The notes under the pieces: generated by a model
The model's input: only the letters and a program-made list of their open reading frames with translations
What the model was told of the DNA's origin: nothing
Database searches by the model: none
Assembly (NCBI GenBank): GCA_012295275.1
Contig: CM022677.1
Span: 13,392,001 to 13,456,000 of the forward strand
DNA length: 64,000 nucleotides
Source: Chrysomallon squamiferum
Lineage: Eukaryota > Animalia > Mollusca
Reading direction: 5' to 3'
Shown: positions 53,053-64,000 of the stretch, piece after piece
Layout of the letters: each line of letters opens with the position of its first letter
How positions within the stretch are numbered: position 1 is the stretch's first letter
Position numbers and translations under genes: made by a program

Positions 53053-53840
53053 GAGGAGAGGAGCAAGGGAAATTAATAAATAAGAAATGATTAACATGAA
53101 ATAACATTTCTCATTACTTAACATATATATCTCAAATTTTGCATCCAGTTTTAATTTCAACTTTTACATTAATTTCTAAAACTTTCCTTTCTTTTTAATG
53201 TAAAGAACAATATATTTCTTCTCACATATAAACAGTTGTTAAAATCACACTTTCACTCCAGCTAGCTGATCATTGTGCAAGGGCTGTGTATGCATTCAAC
53301 CTGTCTGGCAATGCAAGTATTCAGAACCCAGAACCTCTCTTTGACATGGAGGCAGACTGCAAGATATTATAGTTACATATTCTTTTCTCCTTCTTTTTGA
53401 ATTCTGTGAATTTGATTGTTAGTAATCTTATTTTGTATTATTATGATACTGTCCTTTTTCATTGTTAATATAATGTAATATCTTATTATTATTTTTATTA
53501 TTATTATTATTTTATTTGTCTTATTACAATTATTATTAATATTGCTATATTTATTAGTCTTATTGTAATGTATTATTGATATTATTACTACTACAACTAC
53601 AACTACTACTACTACCAATACTACTGTTGTTTCTGTTTCTGTTACAACTGCTACTGCTGCTCCTCCTCCTCTCCTACTACTACTACTGCTACTAAAATTA
53701 CTACTACTACTACTGCTACTACTACTACTGCTTGAATTTTCCAGGATTCAGTTATTTGTTCAAACAGAGGAACAGCATGGATACTGATGTCTGATTCTGT
53801 ATCTGTAGACAAGGCTATAGATTGCTACAACAGAGTAGAG
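52217..53840 (+). pseudogene. Four phase-compatible exons of an unidentified spliced gene (52217-52324, 52680-52765, 53262-53363, 53745-53840)
   Basis: AG/GT-bounded open exons join as ..FLIKLTAPGGHPG-AKECILSVDEL..PAWLQ-LADHCARAVY..ADCK-DSVICSNRG..AIDCYNRVE. The third donor reads AT instead of GT. Confidence 0.55.
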
Positions 53841-53945
53841 GTATTCCATTTAAATCATCAGTGTTTGATTAATTATATATAAATGTCATTTGGTTTACCT
53901 GCTACTCACGATCTGTCAGCTACTCGTGTTCTTTCTGTGTGCATT

Positions 53946-54003
<58 letters not shown>

Positions 54004-54779
54004 TGTGTTAATGTTACACCTGCCTATATATCTATTTACCAGTTATGTCTACATTAACCTGTCTGTCTGTCTGATTTTCTACATCATCAACCTATCTATC
54101 TACCCAATGTCTACCAGTCTCTAAATACTTTTACTTTCTAAATAAATATACCTATGTACCTCTGTATTCTTTTGTTTTATGTTTGTCTGTCTTTCTGACT
54201 TTCTGTCTGTCTGTAAGTCTCTGACTTTATGTAACTTAGTCTATCTTTCTACCTATATAATCTACCTATTTTCTACCTATATAATCTACCTAATGTTATT
54301 TTCATCTAAAAGCAGCAAATCTAATTTACCGTCACCTCGCATATACGAGGAGTAATCTGTTTCAGAAGTTCGTGGTCTAAGAGAAATAACTCTATTTAAC
54401 ACGGACGTTCGTAAATATACAAAAAAGACTGAGTGTTGAGTAAACTAAAAAAAAAATAAAAAAAATAAAAATGAAATAAAATAATTCAAGTCGCCTGAAT
54501 ATAGATCGTTCACTGAATATACTAAATTCATTAAAATTATTTTATTTAAAACTAAGTTGGGGTAATTCTGGCCTAATGGCAATTCTGTCCTCCGAGGTAT
54601 ATTATGACTTGCAGCCGTTTCAAAAGTGAGTGTTATTTTTTAGTCCTTTAGACATAAGGTTAGTGAGAAATTATAACAGGTAAACATATAATCGGTTTTT
54701 AAGTTCAGCAGAAGAAACTTGATTAAGCAAGAAATATGCTTTTTATTTTACTCCACCACTTGGGGCAATAAAATCAAAA

Positions 54780-55210
54780 GTATGAGGTATGCCGAGGCAA
54801 TGACAGAAGAAGAAAGTGTCAGGAGGTATGAAGAAGAGTTGGCAGAGAAGAAGAAGAAGGAGGAAGAAAAGGAAAAGAAAGCAAATGTTTTAGAAGCAAA
54901 ATTACAACAAAAAAAAAAATAGAAGATACCAAAGTCAAAACGGCAGTTCAATTAGAATGCTACAGCAGAACCGGTGGATGCAGCCAGAGAAAACGTTGAT
55001 GGTGATGAGCCTGAACTAGAAGACAGAGATGTAGTAGATACACAAGAAAAATGTGAACTCTGTGGCAAAGTTGATGATGGAATGCATTCTGACGAGTTCA
55101 TAGGATGTGACGGGTGCCCAAATTGGTGTTGTCTTGATTCTTGCGCAAATCTTGAAATCCCAGCTAGGGCAGACTTTAAAGATATTGTATTCTTGTGTGA
55201 TATTTGTTAA
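54780..55210 (+). mobile_element. Coiled-coil plus PHD-finger relic, probably the 3' end of a pogo/Tigger-like DDE transposase
   Basis: EAMTEEESVRRYEEELAEKKKKEEEKEKK followed by CELC..FIGCDGCPNW..C..FLCDIC*. Confidence 0.55.
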
Positions 55211-56640
55211 GGAGTTTAGTTAAAATACTGCCTAAAATACTGAAGGATCTTAGATATTAATATTAATATTAATAAATTTATCTTTTTATTTATTTGTCCC
55301 TGTAAACGGCAACAGAAATGTCCTTTGTATTACAGTAATGAACAAAAAAAAGTTCTTGTTTATTATGATGAACGCTGTTTACCACATATAATGGAAATGA
55401 ACGACAATGTGTATAGTTTATTTGCTTCAACCAGACCTGTTTATACTAATACATTTAAATTCAGCGAAAGAACCATAATGTTTTACATTTATATATAGCT
55501 CTCTAGATTATATCTAGTTGAATATTAATTGTCTAATTATCAATTTAATTTTTAGGGAGATAATAGAATATCACTTTCTACAGTTAATTAAGAATTAATC
55601 TGTAACAGCGCAGTATATTTACAGAACTTGTATTATAATAAACAAGATTCATCTCGCGCATCCTCGCCTTTTCACTTTACTTTTAATAATAAACACGTCT
55701 ATTAATGTTTCTCTATATTCTAGACTTTTCTAGTATTTAAGAAAGATGCACTTGCAAATATCAATAACATGGTGAAGTTAATTCATCTTAATCTAGCCTC
55801 TCACCTCTCAACTGCAATTCTAATATCTTAATAAAAAAAAAAAAATTAAAAACATAAAAATATAGAAAGAGAGAATAATACGCATTATTAAACGTTGATT
55901 CATTATTCAACTTATTAGATACGTTATACCTGTTAATGAAAAATTAAGCTTATTATTTATTTATTTATTTATTTATTATGCAAAATAAAATTATCTAATA
56001 TTGTTAATTAAAAAACAATGCCTCTATTTTTCAATACACTGTGTTTTCAATACATAATATTACCGCTACGCCTCTGTTTACAACATAAAACATGTAACAT
56101 AAATAGTGATGGCGGTACTGAAATTGCGTGTTATTTTTATAACGCCGTGTAAAATTACTCTTACGTAGCTTTTCAGTGAAACATTTTGTGTTAATAAAAT
56201 GTCACATTAGTATGGAAGCGTTCTCGACATTTTGAATTTCACATATAATTCTACTGTTATTTATAAAAACACGCTAATCTGGAACCACACCTGAAATGTT
56301 TATTATAATGTTACTTTATTCACATAAAACAACAACAACAACGACAACGACAACAACAATAGTAATATAAAGAAAAGAACATTTTAATCTTTATTCGGTT
56401 TCATTACTTCTCAATGTCGATAAGACTTCAAAAGTTAACATCATCGCTCCAGTCTGGATGTCAATATATTTTATGACGTAGCTATATCTTCACACAGACA
56501 AGTAGACTGCAGATATCAACTTTTCAGTCCACTTTATTGAGAAACAGAACATGATGTTGTATTTTTGTATTAATGTATATTTTTGTTTACATAAAAATAA
56601 AAAAGTGAAAATGAGCCAGACATTTATTTGAGAAGCTCAA

Positions 56641-56719
<79 letters not shown>

Positions 56720-57230
56720 TAAATAATAATAAATAAATAAATAAATAAATACAAATTATAGCCTACATTTATTATAAGGTATTATGTAGGTATGAAAATA
56801 TAAAATGTCACATTTTTCTTCAGTTAAAACTAAATCTTTGAAATTTGTGAATTTAAAAAAAAAAAACACAACACAAATGCTGCAGGGAAATAGAGAGCTA
56901 TGTACCCTTTTTTTGAACTGTAGCTGACGAGTTGATAATAATTTAGAAACTGAGAAATATAGCGAGTTAGATTTCCAGATTCATGTTTCTTAATACATTC
57001 TATTACCGCTACGCCTCTGTTAACAACATAAAACATGTAACATAAATAGTGATGGCGGTTCTTATTTTCATAACGCAGTGTAAAATTACACCTACTTAGC
57101 TTTTCAGTGAAACAAATTATCTTAATAAAATGTCACATTAGTATGGAAGCGTTCTCGATATTTTAGTTTTCACATGTCTACTGTTGTTTATAAATGAAAA
57201 AAAAAAAATGAGTACGAGACAATTATTTGA

Positions 57231-57288
<58 letters not shown>

Positions 57289-57899
57289 CAATAAATTAAT
57301 AAATAAACAAACATTTACATCGTATAATAAAAAACATTTTTTATAATTTAGTGGGTGAGAGGTGTATAGTGAACATATTGAATGGGCTTCTGGATTTTTT
57401 ATTATTTTATTTTAATCACCAATGTAGAATTATACTTTAAAAGGTGAGAAGAGGATAGATTAATAATATGACATGTTATAACTTGACACATTACTTACAT
57501 TAACTAACGCAGAATGCGCAAGATAAATATTTTGTTTTATAGAAGATCAGTGGATAATCTGAATTATTGCGCGCGCTTGTGGATTAACGTCTTTTTTTTA
57601 TTAACTGTAGATTATACAAGAAACAAAATCACATTAATATTACAGATAAAACTAAATATCTAAAAGTCAATCAAAAACAGAACGTAATAAGCTGCGGCGA
57701 AATAGAGAGTTATGTACCCTATTTTCAACAGTAGCTGTAGAGTTGATACATAGCGAGTTAGATTTCCAGATTCGTATTATTAGCAAAAGGCTTACTTTTT
57801 TGTTTCGTTTTATTTTTTTCTCTCTCTCTCCCTTATTGACAGTAGTAGTGATAGAAGAAAAGATGACTTTTTTACTTCTAGACAAAGCGTTATATGCAT

Positions 57900-59357
57900 T
57901 TTAGGAAATACACTTTTTCTAAGCAGAAGAACGATGAAGGTGATTTTCACTAATTACACCATAGACTGTGTTTTTAATTACATTTTTCTGGTTATTAATA
58001 TTTAAGCAGAATATTTTAAGAAATGTGGTATTTGTTCGTCCTGTACAACGGCGTGTATTTTGTGAAGAAACGTTTGGTTGAAACGTGTGAAGACAAGTCG
58101 GGCTGTGCAGACGTGTAGCTGACTGTCTGGATAACACGTGTTTCAGTAAAATTTCTGCTGTCCAGTTTTATTCTTCCAAAAGTCAAGATACAAATCGTAT
58201 TTGAATATTTACTGAAACATGAAACTTTGACGTACAGTGTAGTTTTCTATGGACAGGTTGCTGGACCGAATTTACGTTCTATAAATTAACAAGATTTCAG
58301 TTTTATAAACTGAGATTCAACAAAAAATAGCTTGAAATATTATGAATACCATTATTTACACTGATTATCTTTAATTGAAATAAATAAATAAATAAATAAA
58401 TAAAATTTTAATTTTAATACCGACTGCACAAGTTATATAATGGATGCTGGATATTAATAGTATGTATCATTATAGATGTATTTGAGATGGTGCTAGTTTA
58501 ATCTGATATTTTAAAAGCTTCAAGTCAGATTGTATTTTTTGTGATGCAAAATAGAGGTAAAACATAACAAAACATCACGTTATTTTCACTAAGTTTCAAT
58601 AAACGTCGCTGGTTTTATATATAAAATGTGAATTATGTCGCGTTTTACAAAACAGAAAACTTCGCTAATCTCTGTGAATTTTAATTTTAATGTCGTTTGC
58701 TTTGCAAACTCAAATTGTGTGCTTCAAGTAAAGTGTAACGTCTCATGTTTTCAGTATTAATTTTTAATTTTTTTTTTTTTTGTTGAGAAGAAATTGTAAC
58801 TCAGCTTAACAGAAAATATTTCACAACAGAGGCTTCCCCTGTATATCTAGTCATTAAGTTATTTATTTCTGAATTTAGAAGTCCAGCGCTGAATGCCACT
58901 ATAAAATAAAAGGTCAGATCCATATGAATGTGATGTTTGATTAACAGCAGAACAGATTACATTAATTCACGTTAATACATAAAACCAACGACGTTTATAT
59001 TATAAATTGATACTGAGTGAAAATAACGTGATGTTTTATTATATTTACCTCTTATGATAATTTCACTTACAGTTACATTTTATTCTACTAGGAGAAATCT
59101 TATATTAGTTAATATTTTACTTTGTAAGTTACATCATAACAAACATGCCTGTCCTCCTGAACTTGTTTTATTAGAGATGAGGATATGTTCAGTTAGCTAG
59201 ACGAAATATATCATTTATTTCATCCTATTACAACATAACAATAATGTCTTTACTATCAAGTAAATAATAATGTTTCTCCTCCAGATATCAGTAAAATCTC
59301 ACCTGAATCTTACCTATTATTTAAATTGTGCAGTCGGTATTAAACTTAAAATGATAT

Positions 59358-59388
<31 letters not shown>

Positions 59389-59960
59389 TCCTTGTAAACA
59401 CAACAAATACAATAATACTAATTAAAATGATAAATAAAATTAAGAAAGACTACTTAAACCAGGATAAAAAGAAAAAAGTAAGAAAAGAAATAAAATTATT
59501 ATTTCAGGCATATATTCTGAATACTAGATCATGCTATGTTTGGTTGAACCTCAGTTTATTCATATAAAACTGAAATCTTATTTGTGTATAGAAGATAAAC
59601 TCTGTCCAGTGTCACAAATTACGTCTAGAAAACTTCAGTGTACGTCAAAATTTCGTGTTTTAGTAAATTCTCAAATACAAGTTTTAACATGTCTCGACAC
59701 TGATTTTTGAAAGAACAAAACTGGACAGCAAATTTTTTAATACGTCTCCACAATCCGACTTGTATTCGCAACTTTCACCCAAACGTTTCTTCACAAAACA
59801 CGCGCCATTGTTTAGGACGAATAAGTATCACATTTATTAAAATGTACTTGTTAAATATTAATTATCAGAAATTTAAAAACACAGTGTGTGGTGTAATTAA
59901 TGAAAATTACTTTCACCTTTCTCCATCTCACTGACTCCAGCTTAGAAAAAGTATTTTTTT
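57900..59960. repeat. Old diverged inverted repeat / foldback (arms ~57900-58640 and ~58960-59960)
   Basis: Mirror pseudo-ORFs 57919-58137(-) and 59707-59934(+). ACATCACGTTATTTTCACT pairs with AGTGAAAATAACGTGATGT; TACCGACTGCACAA pairs with TTGTGCAGTCGGTA. Confidence 0.75.
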
Positions 59961-60259
59961 AAAATATACCCAGCGCTTTTCCTGAAATTTAAAAGTGATA
60001 TTTTCTTCTGTACATATCTGGATTGAGGTAAGTCTTGAGAAAGTAAGAACAGAAAAAATTGAGAACGTATCTCGGTTAAAACTGCATGACTATGACATAC
60101 ACGGTAAAGAATAAGCGGGACAGACAGAACACGTTTTGAATTTGACAAATAAACAGTTAATGTTAGCTCGTGGATTAGAACGTGCTCCGAACAGAAGAAA
60201 AAAGTATTCAAGTATATCAAAACTTAGGAAAGAAAAGAGAAAAAATGGCAGAGTTAAAG

Positions 60260-60480
60260 AAAAAACAACTTTCGATGCTCTCTGTCGTGGTGAAGACGTT
60301 ATTAAAGTACGACAGCGACATCGTTTGAAATGTCGCTACCATTGCAATATCAAAAATCTGCTTCTAATTCTTAAGCCTGCTAAAGAAGAGATTCTGCATT
60401 TCTCACCGAAAATTGTTCTCTATAATGATTTTAAAAGTGATGCTGAAATTTAAGACATTAAAACAGTTTCTATGCCACTT
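60260..60480 (+). pseudogene. P4HA: Prolyl 4-hydroxylase alpha-subunit fragment
   Basis: FDALCRGE..LKCRY..LLILKPAKEEILHFSPKIVLYNDFKSDAEI*DIK matches the P4HA LCRGE..LxCRY..LxPxKxE..PRI..HD..SDxEI segment; in-frame stop. Confidence 0.8.
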
Positions 60481-61772
60481 TTAAAAATATCTGAAATCAG
60501 TTGTTATCAAAAGCAGCTTTTGCAATTAATGTTAAACTTGGAGGTCATGACAGAGAAAGAAATAAAAAAAAAAAAAAAAAAAAAAATTAAAACTTAAACA
60601 AACAAACAAAAAAACGCAGTCATCAATGACAGACTGTTTATCCTCTGACAACTGATAGACCATTAACATTTGTAATAAAAAAAAAAAAATTCCAGTTTTA
60701 TGTTATTTTAATCTTTAGAAAAAGCTCTCTGTCTAAAACGGTATATCACGTTGTTCTCAGTGAATCATCCGATTTTGACAGCGTGCACTGTATTTATTTT
60801 TATTGTTTATATTTAATTATTTATCACATATTAATAGATATGGTATTTTGTTTATAGTATGCAAACTGATATTCCTGGAACGTACCTACACATTTACATT
60901 TATTACTCATTATACAGCTATATACGACGTTTCGTTATCAGCAATTTTCTGTGGTGTGCAGTGACGTACACCGAAAACCCCACAAACAGAAGAAAGAAAC
61001 AAACTATAGCTGAAGGGAGATTACTCTCATATAATTTTTTTATTTCGGGGGAGGCTGGATTTCTACTTTTATTTGCGGTATTTGTTATTTGTGGTTTTTC
61101 TCAGTTAAATGTAGATTCTAAGAATCATGAAGAGTTAACTTTTTTATATATACAGGTAATGGTAGAATATTACTTTTCTTTAAATGTTTTTTGTTTTTTT
61201 TCGGGTGTCTTTTCCTAGCGCGCTGAAATGTTAAATAAAAACATGAAAGTTAATATGTTTTATTATATTTGTAAAATTTCAATTGTACTGTGTTAACATT
61301 TCTTTTGATTATTAATATTAGTGTGTGTGCGTGTGTGTGCGTGTCTGTTTAAAACTGTATAAAAGAGTGATTAAAGTGAATCAAGTGAAAAGTGACACAA
61401 TGTAATGAAATAATGAGTCAAGACAAATACATTTATGTTGTTAGGATATGAAATGACTAAATACATGAAGATTAACAATGATAAACGATTTTATTACAGT
61501 ATATTTCTATTGTGTTAGGTCTGTAAAGATAAAAAGGAGTAAAGGAGGTGACTAGGGAAATGTTTCTCCACCTCAGTGTGCTCAGACAGTCAATGCTGTC
61601 ATAAAACAGACAAAAACATTTCTGCACTGGCTGCTACACCATCATATTTTGTATAACAAGAATGTATGTCGCCAAATATAACAATATCGTTATTAAATCT
61701 GTTTTTTTTTTCTATCAAAGACGTTGTATGGAATGGCTATTACGGTTGTCTTCGTTCGCAAAAGTTAAATTT

Positions 61773-61827
<55 letters not shown>

Positions 61828-61884
61828 GTGGTAACATAGGCCAACTAAATGAACATTATTAATTAATTAATGTATTTATTTATA

Positions 61885-61917
<33 letters not shown>

Positions 61918-64000
61918 TATTATTATTATTACTTAAATAAATCATGTAGACTGTATAAAACATTTTTATGAGGATGCTAATGATTTACCTTTTATTTTTA
62001 TTTTTTTGCCTTGAAAGTGAACACCTTCCAATATTTCTTATGTTTAATGTATTTATTTTTAATGCAGGAAAATTTGCTATGACGTTTAACAAGAACAGAA
62101 GTTTAAATGTTTAACAACGAATGTAATGAAAGCTAACAAAGGGTTGAGAAATGGAAAATTATCAGTTAATTTTACTTGAATTATTTCAGTAGCTGTTTTC
62201 ATTTGTCGCCAGTAATCTATGTTTAATTACAACGGGAAGGTCTACGTTGTTCAAGGCCACCGAGAGACGTCCTGTCCGTCTCTTTACAATAATCTCTTAC
62301 GTCTACAAATCGTGCTGGGGATGGGTATTGAAATTACTTCTTAATTTTATTACACTGAATAAAAATTATCATATAAATCATATTTATTTTTAATCTTCGC
62401 TGAATTTACCTATCGATAACAAAATAAGACGCAAGTTTTATAATGTCTGTATATATGAGAAATTAAAATTACATTAATTAGAGATTATCAGTTATATTAT
62501 TGAATAAACATGGAATTTCATTCTAGATTAACTTACTTTTCTCAGTGTTTTAAAAAAACAATCTGATATATTCTTAATTATATAATTTGATAAATTTGAA
62601 TTTTAGATTAATCATGTACTTTCATATATGGAGAGATGTAAATTGTGTCGCGGAATGTCATGTTACTGCGGTCATAAAACATTCTGACACTGAAAGGTGC
62701 ACAGTTAATTTTCAGTAATATCAATACAATAATAAATACAGCATTCATCTAGTACTTCACGCTTTTCTGTTAATAATAAAATAACTGATTATTAAAGACC
62801 ATAATTTTTCAGTATATAAGAAGGACATTAATTTTTTGGGAAAAAACAATATAATATTAACATTAATTGTCGTTTATAATAAAATATTTCCTTTTTCTGA
62901 GGCCTTGAATTGTTTTTGATAAGAGGACGGATAAATTTCAGATTTGTCATAAACGGCCTGGTTAAATTTTTTCAGGTTTCTAAATAAAGACCAAACAACA
63001 AATTCGGTCAAGGGTTCATTTTTTATATAAAATCTGTGTCCATATGTATATGTCTGTAAAAAAATGTTAAATATCCAATTATTTTCTGAATATGAATGTG
63101 TTTTTTGTAAACAGGTTTCTCAATTTTTAAAATGACCAAACATTAAAAATCTAAAATTCAAGGGTTTTTGTTTTATGATTTTATCACCGAAAATTTATTA
63201 TCCTCAGGAAAAATCTGTTGTTTTCACACGTGTTTGTGTGTGTTCTGTGAAAAAAGTGTTTTCAGAGTGTTTTGATGTCCCATATTTAACCAACACAGTA
63301 TCTTTCTGTATAAAAAACTGTTAAATTATCCAAATTTATTTTTATCTGAATATATTTAGAAAAAATTTGTTGCCTTTTATTGCAGTAAAAATTGCAAAAA
63401 TGTGAAAAAAACAAGGCACTCAGAAAATGAAAACAATTATTTTATTTTGAAAATATCAACAAAATTATAACATCTAAACAACAAGTTCCTTATACCAGTT
63501 CAGGTATTTTGTTTTATTTGATTGAAAATATGAGCGATATAACGTTACTTTGTTTTTTTCAGAAACATTGCCTAAATCAACATTATTAATTATAACATCT
63601 AAAAATTGTCAAGTGTAAAAGAACTAAAAAGAGATAATGACAAAAAGATCAAAGTAACAGGGGATGATCAAAGCAAAGAAATAAAAATTTTTTTCGTAAA
63701 GGGGGCTCTTTTTTTTTTTTTTTTTTTTTTACTATATTAGTTTTCTGAGTAAAGACCAAACTTTAATTTTAAAAGCAAGGATTCATCTTAATATTATCGC
63801 CGAAAAATACAGGAGGAAAATATCAAAATATAAATAGATGAGTATTTTAAAGATGTTCTTTGATTCAAATGGAATTTTTTATATTGAAGACAGCGAGAAA
63901 AATATAATGAGAGAGAGAAAAAAAAATAAGGAAGATGATCTAAGAGAATGAAACAAAAGTGAAACCGAAAAGGTACAAAAAACCAACAACATTCAGTCTT

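Noticed and set aside
62700-63800. Recurring AAA(G/T)GACCAAAC-like motifs, possibly a DNA-transposon terminus
   Set aside because: No TIR pair or coding support within the window.

Overview
AT-rich, microsatellite-rich animal (probably invertebrate) genomic DNA with one N-gap (5195-5394). The main feature is a ~17.6 kb endogenous parvovirus-like array (~16760-34400). It holds four diverged genome units, all on the minus strand and joined head-to-tail through single long hairpin ITRs that occur in both flip and flop orientations. Each unit reads ITR > novel ~121-aa ORF X > capsid VP (no PLA2; carries a conserved overlapping +1 ORF) > NS1 (HUH endonuclease + SF3 helicase) > ITR. The capsid gene therefore lies upstream of the replicase gene, the reverse of the usual monosense parvovirus layout. 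Differences between units are largely synonymous, which points to distinct viruses captured at one locus rather than simple tandem duplication. The flanks contain a TOPORS-like RING pseudogene, a ~4.9 kb-arm near-perfect inverted repeat carrying a Ty3/Gypsy relic, LINE, MULE, hAT and pogo remnants, minisatellites, exons of an unidentified spliced gene, and a prolyl-4-hydroxylase alpha fragment. All calls come from reading the sequence by eye; no database searches were run.
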